Positions 52,319 to 62,766 of a stretch of 64,000 bases of DNA are shown here, in pieces. The DNA is taken from contig OY970166.1 of assembly GCA_963706595.1 (NCBI GenBank), positions 64,001 to 128,000 of the forward strand, read 5' to 3'. Source of the stretch: an uncultured cyanobacterium (GTDB lineage: Bacteria > Cyanobacteriota > Cyanobacteriia > Cyanobacteriales > Nostocaceae). A program made the position numbers and the translations under genes. The number at the start of each line of letters is the position of its first letter. The stretch's first letter is position 1. The notes beneath the pieces were generated by a model. That model searched no databases. It had not been told where the DNA came from and was given only the letters and a program-made list of their open reading frames with translations.

Positions 52319-52494
52319 CTGGCAAAATCAGCAATTATAGCAACCGCCAAGGAGGTTAAGACATAAACGGATAATTAAACTTAGACACCAAAAGGGTTTT
52401 AACCCACTCCCTCGGTTACTGAGCGACTTGTACTGAGCGAAGTCGAAGTAAGTCGAAGTAACTCCCCACTCCCTACTCCCTACTCCCCAGCTAT

Positions 52495-53214
52495 ATGTTA
52501 GTTCCACTGACTCGGAAAAAATTTGAACAACTCATCCCCTTCATTGCTACTGGCGCGCAATATAAATACTATGCAGGGAAATTCTCAAATTTTTTGCAGC
52601 GACTGTTAATTTCTGTCATCGCCATAGCAATAATTTTGCTGGCGGAAGTTTTGTTGAGACTAGAATTTGGCCCCATTACATTTTTAATTGGAGTCATGGG
52701 TGCTTTCTTTTGGCTGTGGTATCCCGTATTTCAAGCAAGTGTACGCAATGTAAAATGCCGCCGTTATAAATACAGTGGCTTTTTTCGGGGTCGAGTTCTA
52801 GATTGGTGGATTACAGACCAATTAATGGGAAAACAAGAAACAGTAAACAACAAAGGTGAGTTAGTAATTGTTGAAAACAGAGAAAAACGAATTAACTTAG
52901 AGGTTGGTGACAATACAGGATTTACTGTAGAGTTACAAGCGCCACTACGTAACTCCCATAAAGTCATAGTTCGGGGTCAAATTGCCGAAATGATAGTCAT
53001 GTCCAACCGTTCTGACTTAAGCAGTATCGAAGAATTCAGCGATGTATACATTCCCACCCATGACTTGTGGGTAAACGACTATCCTTATCTGAGAAGAGAC
53101 TTCTTTAATGAAGTCAGTCGCCGTTTGCGTAAAAAACAACCAGAAAAAACCACCCCGCCGTCGCCAGTAACAGTTATCAGTTATCAGTTATCAGTTATCA
53201 GTCAAGAGATATAA
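52495..53214 (+). CDS. Conserved cyanobacterial 2-TM hypothetical protein (true stop probably 53170)
   Basis: MLVPLTRKKFEQLIP..ATG.QY; removing one A from the run at 53144-53149 gives EKPPRRRQ* and avoids translating the TTATCAG repeat. Confidence 0.75.
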   Translation: MLVPLTRKKFEQLIPFIATGAQYKYYAGKFSNFLQRLLISVIAIAIILLAEVLLRLEFGPITFLIGVMGAFFWLWYPVFQASVRNVKCRRYKYSGFFRGRVLDWWITDQLMGKQETVNNKGELVIVENREKRINLEVGDNTGFTVELQAPLRNSHKVIVRGQIAEMIVMSNRSDLSSIEEFSDVYIPTHDLWVNDYPYLRRDFFNEVSRRLRKKQPEKTTPPSPVTVISYQLSVISQEI

Positions 53215-53266
53215 TTGGATCGGATTCCCTGACTAAATCGGCGTGATAACTGTTCACTGTTCACTG

Positions 53267-53899
53267 TTAACTGTTCACTCTCTCCTGTCCATAGGCTTGC
53301 CAAGCTAAATCCACCAGTCCATCAACAATCGCAGATGCGACAACGGCATTACCTTTGCGACTGTCAATGATAATGTGAGGAACTTGAGAATCTTGCAAAC
53401 CTTCCTTAGCCTTATCAGCATTCACAAATCCGACTGGAGTCGCAATTATTAAAGCAGGCTGGATTTCTTCAGATGCAATTAACTCCACCAAAGCAGTTAG
53501 TGCTGTTTGTGCTTGACCCACCACAAAAATCCCCTCTGGGTAACGCTTGGCTAAAGTTTCAATTCCCCAAGCCGCACGAGATTTTTCTTTTTGGGGACGC
53601 GTCACCGTTTCCAGACTGCAATAAACTGGATTAGCAAAAGTATTTTGAATATCCTGGGCAATACCTACCTGTACCATCGGCACATCTACCACAATTGTAG
53701 TGCGCGCCGCTAAAGCTGCTGCACCAGCTTGTAAAGCACGTTCAGAAAAGCGAATCAGAGATTTATATTCAAAATCAGCCGTGGCATATATTACCCGCCG
53801 GACAATCTCATATTCTGCCGGTGAAAAAACATGATCACCTATTTCACTATCAATGATTGCTAAACTTTGAGCATCAGTTACGTGCCATTCCATTGCCAT
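53267..53899 (-). CDS. cobH: Precorrin-8X methylmutase family protein
   Basis: SLAIID.E, IVRRVIYATADF, DVPMV..GI, PVGFV; several motifs are divergent. Confidence 0.8.
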   Translation of the reverse strand: MAMEWHVTDAQSLAIIDSEIGDHVFSPAEYEIVRRVIYATADFEYKSLIRFSERALQAGAAALAARTTIVVDVPMVQVGIAQDIQNTFANPVYCSLETVTRPQKEKSRAAWGIETLAKRYPEGIFVVGQAQTALTALVELIASEEIQPALIIATPVGFVNADKAKEGLQDSQVPHIIIDSRKGNAVVASAIVDGLVDLAWQAYGQERVNS

Positions 53900-53985
53900 T
53901 CAGCTCTGAGATACCAGCTTTCAGCTTATCAGTTTCAGGAACGCTGAGTGCTGAGTATTTTGATTTTTACTCAGCACTGATAAAT

Positions 53986-54795
53986 TCAGGACTCAGCATT
54001 AGAAGAAGGACGAGTCAAAAGTGGAGTCAGAAAGGCGACCAAAGCGCCAATCAGAAAACCAGAGATATTACGAACTAGAGGCAACCAATCGCTGGTGCGC
54101 GTCACCACTGGTCCAATACCAAAGGCAATAAACAAAATTCCCCACAAAGGTGAAAAAATTAACGCCCATTGCCAAGCAAAACCCTGTCCTTCTTTTTGGG
54201 GGTGAGCTGCAAATCCACAAATTATTCCCCCCACAACTGAGGTAATCAGTGTGAGTATCCATTGTTCCTTGGGTAGTCCAGGAACCACTGAGCAGCCACC
54301 TTGAAGCAAACAGCCTTTAACTGAACTTAAAGCTTGCAAAATAGCTTGGTCTTCGCCTTCGTCTCGGACAAAATACAAATTGCCGAAGCGGGTTTGCAAT
54401 TCTATCCAAAAAGTCCGGGGTAGAAATTCATAAACGGCATCTCCCACACTAAAGCTGAGAATGTTACCGCCACGAGAATCAGCAACTAGCAAAATACTTT
54501 TGTCATCTAAACCCCAATAATTAATCACTGCCCGACCTGGGGTGCGGTCATACTGGGTTAATACTCGCAGTTTCCAGCCAGTTTCACCTTCAAATTGCTC
54601 TAAATCTGTTACCAGTTCTGCTTCTTGAATATCTGTGAGCGTTTTAGCTAAATCTATAACTGGAGTTTGAAAGTTGGGTAATAAGTCAGGATTATCATAA
54701 GCCAGTGCCGGAGGGGAGTGCATTACCCACATTGACCCAGCCAAGAAAAATACAGCAATTGATACCAGAGTTCGTCGCCAAAAACAAGACTGCAT
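53986..54795 (-). CDS. TPM-domain thylakoid membrane protein
   Basis: ALA signal cleavage, VIDLA, E.ETGWKLRVLTQ, FWIELQTRFGN; three C-terminal TMs. Confidence 0.8.
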   Translation of the reverse strand: MQSCFWRRTLVSIAVFFLAGSMWVMHSPPALAYDNPDLLPNFQTPVIDLAKTLTDIQEAELVTDLEQFEGETGWKLRVLTQYDRTPGRAVINYWGLDDKSILLVADSRGGNILSFSVGDAVYEFLPRTFWIELQTRFGNLYFVRDEGEDQAILQALSSVKGCLLQGGCSVVPGLPKEQWILTLITSVVGGIICGFAAHPQKEGQGFAWQWALIFSPLWGILFIAFGIGPVVTRTSDWLPLVRNISGFLIGALVAFLTPLLTRPSSNAES

Positions 54796-54921
54796 GGACG
54801 TTCTTATATAAATATAGACAGTAGAAGTGAACAAGTTGTTTTAAAAGAGTATGGGAAAAGTGATACTTCTTTACACTTGTTTACTTTACTCTAATCTAAG
54901 GTATTTAAGCAAAGCTTACTT

Positions 54922-55080
<159 letters not shown>

Positions 55081-55102
<22 letters not shown>

Positions 55103-55542
55103 TTCTTAACTTCTCGTTCTCGCAACGTTAGGGGTGGTTTTTCATGAATTGGTAGGCGTTCAACTCTCCGCGCGGGTTTTGGGCGTGTAAAGGACTTCCA
55201 CGCGGTTTTCACACCTACAACTAGGCTGAGAGTGCTTATCTGCACATTTTTAGCTTGTTTTCTGGCACTATCTAAGCTTTGGTCAACTTGCTTAACGACT
55301 TTACCTGCACTTTGTACACCTTCACTGACATCATCGGTTAAATCTGTGATTTCCATCCCAGTTTTGCGGATGGAAATTAAAGTAGGTGGTAACTCCCGCG
55401 AGAGAGTATCAAACAGCTTTTCTGCACTGCGGGCAGCACGCGCTAACTCTTGCAAAGCCGGTATAGCCGCTACCAATACAGCAGTTAGACTGGCGGCGAC
55501 TAATAATAAAGACAGTCCCAACCAAAACAGGGGATCAATCAC
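55081..55542 (-). CDS. DUF948/YoxC-like membrane-anchored coiled-coil protein
   Basis: DPLFWLGLS, PALQELARAARSAEKLFDTL.RELPPTL. Confidence 0.8.
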
Positions 55543-55565
55543 GGTTATGCCATCATATATGAGCG

Positions 55566-55907
55566 TTACAATTGCTGGGAAACAGAATCTGAACCTTTTT
55601 CAGCCTGTTGCTGCTTCAAGTTTTGGCTTTCGCGTTGACTAGCATCTACACCAGCTGCGATCGCATCTTGCAGTTTCTCTAAGGTATCATCCCAATTTCT
55701 CACAGCACTGGCAGAAAGTCGATCTGCCTGAATTTGTACACTTGTTGATAAATCTTCTGCCAAATCGGGGATAGCATTGGCAGACTTTTGCAAAATTTTC
55801 CGCGTTTCGCGCCCTGTGCGCGGTGCTACGAGCAAACCAGTTAAAGCACCAATCGTAGCTCCCAGCATGAACCCGCCAAAAAATACTCCAGAACGATTAT
55901 TAGACAT
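55566..55907 (-). CDS. YtxH domain protein
   Basis: F.GGFMLGATIGALTGLLVAPRTGRETR; GGAG RBS upstream. Confidence 0.88.
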   Translation of the reverse strand: MSNNRSGVFFGGFMLGATIGALTGLLVAPRTGRETRKILQKSANAIPDLAEDLSTSVQIQADRLSASAVRNWDDTLEKLQDAIAAGVDASQRESQNLKQQQAEKGSDSVSQQL

Positions 55908-56021
55908 ATTAATTGTTTCTCTCCTTACACCCATTTTAGGCGTGATTTTTACCCTACCAAGATTCAAATGATTCTATTTAATTACTGTATCTTGACAATA
56001 TACCCATCGGAGATGTTGCTT

Positions 56022-56357
56022 TTATTTACCGACTGTCTTTTTTCTTAATTTCAACCCTTTCCAGCCAAAAGAGCTTCCCCAGAATCGCTTTCCTAACAAT
56101 AACAGACTGATAATTTGACGTACTTGTTGGATTTGTACCTGTAGCTTTTCGTTTCCCTGGCGCAGGCTATGAATTTTTTGCTGGCTAATAGCAATATTTT
56201 CAGGTGCTTTATACAAAACCGCATGAGTATGGCGTTCGTAGGCGTTTAGTTTATCAGCTATGCGCCCTATCCACTGCTTGAGTTTCCACACTCGCCAAGC
56301 TATGTAGAATAGTAGCAGTGAAATGAGAGTGTTAATTACGACAACTGTCGTTACCAT
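56022..56357 (-). CDS. Hypothetical membrane-anchored protein
   Basis: N-terminal TM plus coiled coil; co-oriented with the YtxH gene. Confidence 0.7.
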   Translation of the reverse strand: MVTTVVVINTLISLLLFYIAWRVWKLKQWIGRIADKLNAYERHTHAVLYKAPENIAISQQKIHSLRQGNEKLQVQIQQVRQIISLLLLGKRFWGSSFGWKGLKLRKKTVGK

Positions 56358-56670
56358 TATCTATCTTTACCAAGATCAATCTGAGAAAATTATTTTGTAT
56401 CGCTATGATTTTGTTCTGACTTAATCATAGCGATAGAACCTCAGTGTTAATCTGATTGCACATCTTCAATCTCCCCCTTTTCCTCTTCTCCCCTGCCCCC
56501 TGCACCCTGCCCCGTTTCCTCTTCCCCCCTGCACCCTGCCCCCTGCCCCCCTGCCTCTTCTCCCTTGCCTCTTCTCCAAGTTGCCAGAACCGGGTTATCA
56601 CGCTAGTGTGGAGAGCTGCTATTGCTCTCGGCGTAGTAATTTCTCTTAGGATCTTCAGATAACTGGAACT

Positions 56671-59600
56671 ATGATTGAGCTTGGTTCACTGGTGCAGTCC
56701 CAGAACAACTATTTGGGAATAGGAAAAGTTACTGAGATATCTCCACCTGATGTGATGGTCGAGTATTTCTGCTCAGGAGGGCAACGCCTCCAAAAAACTT
56801 TACCTTTCGATTCCCTCTCTCAAGTTAAACTTCAACCTCAAACCCGATGCTACATTAGCGCACCCACCCAGGATACATGGTTAATTGGCCGAATTTGTAC
56901 CTGGGATGAAGATGCAGAAATGTATCAAATTGATTTACCAGATAAGAAAACGACAATTGCCACGGAACAGGAAATTTATGTCCGTTGTAATATACCCATC
57001 ACAGACCCGATTGAAACTCTGGCGATGAAGGGTCACGAAACACCCTACTTTCATGACAAAAGATTAACTTTTGTGAAATCTCTGATTAAACAACGCGCTA
57101 TGAGTCGCGGCATGAGAGGGTTGATTTCGGCGAACATTGAACTTTATCCTCACCAAGTGGAAGTTGTTCGGCGGGTACTGGAAGACCCAATTCAGCGCTA
57201 TTTATTAGCAGATGAGGTGGGACTCGGAAAAACCATCGAAGCGGGTGCGATTCTCCGTCAGTTCCTGATTGATGAACCAAAAAAAGGTGCGGTGGTATTG
57301 GTTCCGCAATATTTACTCCCACAATGGCGGGCTGAGTTAGAAAATAAATTCTACATCTCCCATTTTGGTAAACGGGTGGTGGTGCTGGCGCTGGAAGATG
57401 TCCACAGAATCAACCAGAAGGCGAATATCGGCTGCTTAATTTTAGATGAAGCCCACCATATTGCAGCGATGGCGACTTCTAGGGATGCAGCAGTGCGTCA
57501 GCGTTTTGAGTCTTGTAAAACTCTGGCTCATAAAAGCGATCGCCTACTTTTATTATCTGCTACTCCTGTCCTCAACCACGAGCAAGATTTTCTCGCCATG
57601 TTGCATCTGCTCGATCCTGTAACCTATAAATTACATGATTTGGCAGGTTTTCGCGCCAGGGTGAAAAATTGCCAGGAAATTGGTAGATTTCTCCTTTCTT
57701 TTCAAGAAGGTGCAAATGACACTGTTCTGAAAACTCATCTCAAGGAACTGCGAAATTTGTTTGCTGAGGATGAGTATTTGCTCAATCAGGCGGACAATTT
57801 AGAAAAGTCTTTAAAAGCCAAATCCACTGAGCAAAATCAAATTATCTCAGCAATTCGCAGCCACATTAGCGAAACCTATCGGCTACATCGGCGAATGCTG
57901 CGTAACCGTCGCGCTGCGGTGGAAGATGTGATCTTTGATCGGGATGTGACACCAAAAGAAGAATATGATTTAGATGAGCGATCGCTTGATCTTCATGAAC
58001 TCATAGAAAAATGGCGTACTGTCGCCCCTAAAGAACAGCCCTATCAGCAAATCTTCCTGCTGTTATTCCTCGCTTCTGGGACTTGGTTAGGAATTTTAGA
58101 ACAAGTAATTAACGCCCGTATCACAGGTAAAACCCCACCTCAACTGATCCCAGAGTTCAAAGAAAATGAGCTTCGCATCTTAACTACAACCCCTAAATTT
58201 GCTGGGGAAGAAGAAATTCTGGAATCGGCTTTAAAGATTCTGCGTCAACCTGTCGATGAAGGCGAACGCACAGAAAATTTGACTACAGTGCTACTAAATC
58301 AGCTAGCTACATACTTCAAAATTTCCGCCAGTGTTCGCAGAAATAAGCCAGAATTAATCACCAGAATACAGCATAGAATTCGCAGACCCATTCCTGGTGA
58401 TGTTTTGCCGAAAATTGTCGTATTTACAAGTTTTGTGCAATCTGGTAAACAAATTGTCCAACTTTTAGCCAATACCTTTGGTGCAGAGACAATTGCTAGT
58501 CATCAATTGGGAGAACCACGAGAAAAAGTTGCAGAAAGCTTAACGAGATTTCAGAATAATCCTGACTGTTTTATTTTAGTATGCGATCGCTCTGGAGAAG
58601 AAGGACTGAACCTGCAATTTGCCGACTGCTTCATTCACTTTGACCTACCTTGGTCTCCCAATAAATTAGAGCAAAGAATCGGCAGATTTGACCGCATTGG
58701 TAGTAAAATCGGAGTTCAATCTTATGCCTTGCTTGGTCCTTTCTTAGAAGATAGTCCCCAAAATGCTTGGTATCAAGTTCTCAAAAATGGGTTTGACATC
58801 TTTGAAAGATCAATCGCCAGTCTACAATTTTATGTAGATGAGAAACTGCAAGAATTAGAAACAGCTTTGTTTCAATCAGGTGCTGCGGGATTATTGTCCA
58901 TGATTTCGCCAATTCAGCAACAAATCACCGCCGAAACCTTGAAAATTAGCGAGCAAACTGCACTCGATGAAATTGATATTCTCGACGAAGAGACCAGCCA
59001 GTATTTTCAAGACCTCGATGATTACGATGCAAGTCATGTAGAAATTAAACAAGCAGTTGAAGGCTGGATGTGTGACGCACTGGGATTTAAACCAGTTACG
59101 AATCCCAATTCTGCCGAAATTAAGCGTTATCAACCCACAACGCGCACTTTGGTTTCTCTTGACGAGTTAAAAACTCACTTTGCGAATAATAATACAGACC
59201 AATTTGGGACTTACAATCGCCGGATAGCAAACCAAAATTCTGGTACTAAACTCTTTCGCATTGGTGAAGGATTAATAGAAGCACTTGTTAGCCATATAAA
59301 TTGGGATGATAGAGGTAAAGCTTTTGCTGTCTGGCGCACCGATGAAAGTTGGGATGCGACCGAAGGTAAAGAATGGTTTGGTTTCCGATTCAATTTTGTA
59401 GTGGAAACACATTTAGAAGCCGTCAAGCAAGTTTTAACAACCCATAAACTCGATAATTCCCAACTCAAAACCTTGAAGCGGCGGGTTGATGCTTTATTCC
59501 CCCCCATGCTAGAAACTATCTTTGTTGATGGTCGCTCTAATCCCATGAGTTTGGTTGAAGATAAATCCCTGTTAAATATTCTCCAACGACCGTATAAAGA

Positions 59601-59973
59601 TAGAAACAGTGATAGAGCCAGAGATTTTAATCTAGCAAAAGAGCGCTTAGGAATTATTGATGCTTTTGTTGATCCTAGCCAGTGGAAGAATTTCTGTCTT
59701 CAAGCCCGTAGTAGTTCTGGGGAATTGCTCTTAAACCATCCTCAATTTATCGAACTGCACGAACAATATGCTCAAATTGCCGAACAGAAATTGAACAAAA
59801 AAGTACAGCAATTAAAGCTGCGTCTCAAACGGCAAAACGAGGATTCTGTACTTGCTGAAGAATTGCAAATAGAAAGTGCCTTAAGTACAGCGATTTTAGA
59901 TGGAATTCGCCAGCCTCAGATTCGACTTGATTCAGTCGGTTTCATCGTCATATCAGGACATAATCCTTTGTAA
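56671..59973 (+). CDS. dpdE: SNF2/RapA-like helicase, DpdE-like
   Basis: LYPHQ, LLADEVGLGKT, DEAHH, LSATP, GEEGLNLQFA, EQRIGRFDRIG. The N-terminal LGIGKV...VEYF...LQPQTRC and C-terminal WDDRG match my recollection of DpdE. Confidence 0.7.
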   Translation: MIELGSLVQSQNNYLGIGKVTEISPPDVMVEYFCSGGQRLQKTLPFDSLSQVKLQPQTRCYISAPTQDTWLIGRICTWDEDAEMYQIDLPDKKTTIATEQEIYVRCNIPITDPIETLAMKGHETPYFHDKRLTFVKSLIKQRAMSRGMRGLISANIELYPHQVEVVRRVLEDPIQRYLLADEVGLGKTIEAGAILRQFLIDEPKKGAVVLVPQYLLPQWRAELENKFYISHFGKRVVVLALEDVHRINQKANIGCLILDEAHHIAAMATSRDAAVRQRFESCKTLAHKSDRLLLLSATPVLNHEQDFLAMLHLLDPVTYKLHDLAGFRARVKNCQEIGRFLLSFQEGANDTVLKTHLKELRNLFAEDEYLLNQADNLEKSLKAKSTEQNQIISAIRSHISETYRLHRRMLRNRRAAVEDVIFDRDVTPKEEYDLDERSLDLHELIEKWRTVAPKEQPYQQIFLLLFLASGTWLGILEQVINARITGKTPPQLIPEFKENELRILTTTPKFAGEEEILESALKILRQPVDEGERTENLTTVLLNQLATYFKISASVRRNKPELITRIQHRIRRPIPGDVLPKIVVFTSFVQSGKQIVQLLANTFGAETIASHQLGEPREKVAESLTRFQNNPDCFILVCDRSGEEGLNLQFADCFIHFDLPWSPNKLEQRIGRFDRIGSKIGVQSYALLGPFLEDSPQNAWYQVLKNGFDIFERSIASLQFYVDEKLQELETALFQSGAAGLLSMISPIQQQITAETLKISEQTALDEIDILDEETSQYFQDLDDYDASHVEIKQAVEGWMCDALGFKPVTNPNSAEIKRYQPTTRTLVSLDELKTHFANNNTDQFGTYNRRIANQNSGTKLFRIGEGLIEALVSHINWDDRGKAFAVWRTDESWDATEGKEWFGFRFNFVVETHLEAVKQVLTTHKLDNSQLKTLKRRVDALFPPMLETIFVDGRSNPMSLVEDKSLLNILQRPYKDRNSDRARDFNLAKERLGIIDAFVDPSQWKNFCLQARSSSGELLLNHPQFIELHEQYAQIAEQKLNKKVQQLKLRLKRQNEDSVLAEELQIESALSTAILDGIRQPQIRLDSVGFIVISGHNPL

Positions 59974-60000
59974 ATCTTCTCATAATGCTACAAGGGACTC

Positions 60001-60033
60001 AGATCCCCGACTTCTTGAAGAAGTCGGGGATCT
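60001..60033. repeat. SDR palindrome, possible terminator of the helicase gene
   Basis: AGATCCCCGACTTCTT-G-AAGAAGTCGGGGATCT followed by a T-rich tract. Confidence 0.8.
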
Positions 60034-60392
60034 TTTCTTTTCTAGTTGTCACTTATTTAAGATTGCTCTATATAAATGAAAGTACAGATTTCGCAAATAT
60101 CTAATAGTTGAGTAAAATGCGACAAATTAAGAGATAATCATAAATAATTCGTTATTCACTAAAAACTTGATAAAAACAAGTACCAATCACATTTACCATA
60201 CTAAATAAAGTTGTCAAGTAACTTTTTGTTAATTTTTGAATGTAGTGAAGCAATACTTAATCTTCATAAACTTATAACTCCCTTTATTAAGTTTTTAATA
60301 ATAGTTGTCTCAGGTTGTATATGCAGACGTAATCTGTCCCCTAAATTGTGTAATCTAAAAACAACTAAGCTAATGATAAACTTGAGGTCGTA

Positions 60393-60605
60393 ATGACTCC
60401 TAAAATTCTGCGCCAGCTTTGGTCTGTAGTTGAAAATTCTCAAACCAAGATTCTATTGCAGATGGACGATGCTAGCTTGGTACAATGGCTGGTAAAACAG
60501 ACTACAAAGCAAGCATTGTTAGATCCCCACGAAACTGATTACCTGAGTGACTACGTTCAATCCCGGCTCACCCTCATCCGTGATCTTGCTTATGAACGCC
60601 AGTAA
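60393..60605 (+). CDS. Small conserved cyanobacterial hypothetical protein
   Basis: GAGG RBS; MTP.ILRQLWSVVE..Q...LL..DDASLVQWL...RL.LIRDLA. Confidence 0.75.
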   Translation: MTPKILRQLWSVVENSQTKILLQMDDASLVQWLVKQTTKQALLDPHETDYLSDYVQSRLTLIRDLAYERQ

Positions 60606-60652
60606 TAAAGCCCACAGACATATAGTCAAAACTATTGGCTATGGGCTATCAA

Positions 60653-61927
60653 CTATGAGTTTTTTTGAGGCAAATAACCTTCAACTAAGCAATCAGAACC
60701 GACAACACGCCAACGAACCCGTTCCAAGTTCAGAGCGTCGGTCATGATGGTAAAACCTAAATCACCTACAGGCGTAGCAGCATGACTACCACCAATGATT
60801 TTAGGCGCAATAAAGGCCAGAATTTTTTGTACTGCACCTTGAGCGATCGCACTGGCGGCCAAAGTCCCGCCACACTCCCATAGCACGCTACAAAAACCGC
60901 GCTCATATAAATTGGTCATGACCAACTCTGGTGTCAGGGATGTGAACTCTACCACATCAACCCCCTGTTGGCGTAAGAAACTTTGAAAATCAGGAGAGCT
61001 ACCCTCCTCGGTAAACACCACAGTCGGAGCCTCCGCAGTTTGCCACAGGCGGGCATCTTCAGGCAAATTCAACTGACGACTCATCACCACCCGTAAAGGA
61101 TTATGCGCTCCCACCTGATGACTGGTTAAGTAAGGATTGTCTTTTCGGACTGTATTACCACCGACAATTATGGCATCACACCCGGCTCGCAGTTGATGAA
61201 CTTCACTACGAGCATCTTGGTTTGTTACCCAAGCACTGTGACCAGAGGTAGTAGCAATTTTGCCATCTAAAGTCATGGCGTATTTCAAAATCCCCAAAGG
61301 TCGTTTATGGAGAATGCGGTGGATAAAAGCTTCATTGAGTTGATAACAGGCTTCGGCTTCTACACCGACAACTACCTCCACACCAGCCGCACGTAAACGA
61401 GCAATACCTCCGCCACCCACCAAGGGATTCGGGTCAACTATACCAACGACTACCTTAGCCACACCAGCTGCAATTAACGCTTCCGAACAAGGGGGAGTGC
61501 GTCCGTGATGATTACAAGGTTCCAGATTCACGTAGACTGTCGCACCACGAGCGCGATTTTCTTGAGTTGAGTCTGCGCCCACACCTGCGGCTTTCAAGGC
61601 AAAAACCTCTGCATGAGGCTCACCCGCACAGGGATGAAACCCTTCCCCAACTATCTCGCCGTCTTGGACAACCACCGCCCCCACGAGCGGATTAGGCGAA
61701 GTGCGTCCCAAAGCACGGCGTGCTAGTGTCAAACACCGTTGCATCATCGCCCGGTCAAAGTCACTGCCTATTTTATCTTTATTTGGTGAATCAGATTCCA
61801 CAGGCGATCGCGCCTGCGCTGTTTCTTGGATGTCCGGAGGGCTTTTGTCTGTTCGCAACATCAGCCCATTTTCCTGAGTATCATCGGGTAGAGATACAAT
61901 ACGGTAGGTTTCATGCGAATTATCCAT
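60653..61927 (-). CDS. ribD: Riboflavin biosynthesis deaminase/reductase
   Basis: PNPLVGAV, HAE, LEPCNHHGRTPPC, KYAMTLDGKIA, WECGG. Confidence 0.96.
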   Translation of the reverse strand: MDNSHETYRIVSLPDDTQENGLMLRTDKSPPDIQETAQARSPVESDSPNKDKIGSDFDRAMMQRCLTLARRALGRTSPNPLVGAVVVQDGEIVGEGFHPCAGEPHAEVFALKAAGVGADSTQENRARGATVYVNLEPCNHHGRTPPCSEALIAAGVAKVVVGIVDPNPLVGGGGIARLRAAGVEVVVGVEAEACYQLNEAFIHRILHKRPLGILKYAMTLDGKIATTSGHSAWVTNQDARSEVHQLRAGCDAIIVGGNTVRKDNPYLTSHQVGAHNPLRVVMSRQLNLPEDARLWQTAEAPTVVFTEEGSSPDFQSFLRQQGVDVVEFTSLTPELVMTNLYERGFCSVLWECGGTLAASAIAQGAVQKILAFIAPKIIGGSHAATPVGDLGFTIMTDALNLERVRWRVVGSDCLVEGYLPQKNS

Positions 61928-62078
61928 AATTTTGGGCCGTACTTTCAATATTTTGCACGCTAGCTGCTGCTGTAGTGATACTTCAACAGTAATATTTAGC
62001 AGCTATTATTGGTTATGGAGTATCTTTGGGCAGTGTGATAAATAAATCACCAATTCCCCATTTCCGCTTCCCGATTCC

Positions 62079-62696
62079 TTAATTCTGCTCTAACAATTTC
62101 ATCTTTTGCCACCAAAGATTTAAGGGATAATAAACTACAGGGGCCCAAAGACTACTGAGAATAGCAGAAGCCAGCGCCACCCGTTGATAATATGCCCAAA
62201 TATATTCCACTTGACGATTACCCATCAAAGTTAATTGCAATCCAAAGATAGTTTCTGCCGCAATTGCCATTACAAACACAATTAAAGCAATAGAAATAAA
62301 ATCTTCTTCGATAAAACGCTGCTTTTGCAGTAAGCTACTCAGAAAACCAACAAAACCCAAAGTAATGGCATGGGTAGGATCAGGAGATGTCATAGCATCT
62401 TGAAGTAGTCCCAGAACGATACCCGCTAACATTCCTTCCCAGACAGAGCGCTTCACACTCCAAGCCACCACCCAAATTAACAGCCAATTAGGCCCAATTC
62501 CCAATAATTCCATTCCCCAAAAGCGGGTTGGTAACATTAGTACACAAAACAGCACAGAGCCAACAGTTATTGCCCAATCTAGCAGTTTACGTGTACCGGG
62601 ATGCCAGCGCTCAAGAGGCTTATTTAACATTCTGAATTTTCGCTGTGGCGCTCTAGACTTGCTATGCCTGCTACCCCTAAATGAAGGCATCTTCAT
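62079..62696 (-). CDS. mreD: Rod shape-determining protein MreD
   Basis: PNWLLIWVVAW, G...GLLQD; follows mreC. Confidence 0.9.
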   Translation of the reverse strand: MKMPSFRGSRHSKSRAPQRKFRMLNKPLERWHPGTRKLLDWAITVGSVLFCVLMLPTRFWGMELLGIGPNWLLIWVVAWSVKRSVWEGMLAGIVLGLLQDAMTSPDPTHAITLGFVGFLSSLLQKQRFIEEDFISIALIVFVMAIAAETIFGLQLTLMGNRQVEYIWAYYQRVALASAILSSLWAPVVYYPLNLWWQKMKLLEQN

Positions 62697-62766
62697 TATT
62701 TTGAGATATTTTAAATAATCTAACTAAACTTTTGGTTTGCCAATTCTGGGTTTGTGGGATAGGTTC

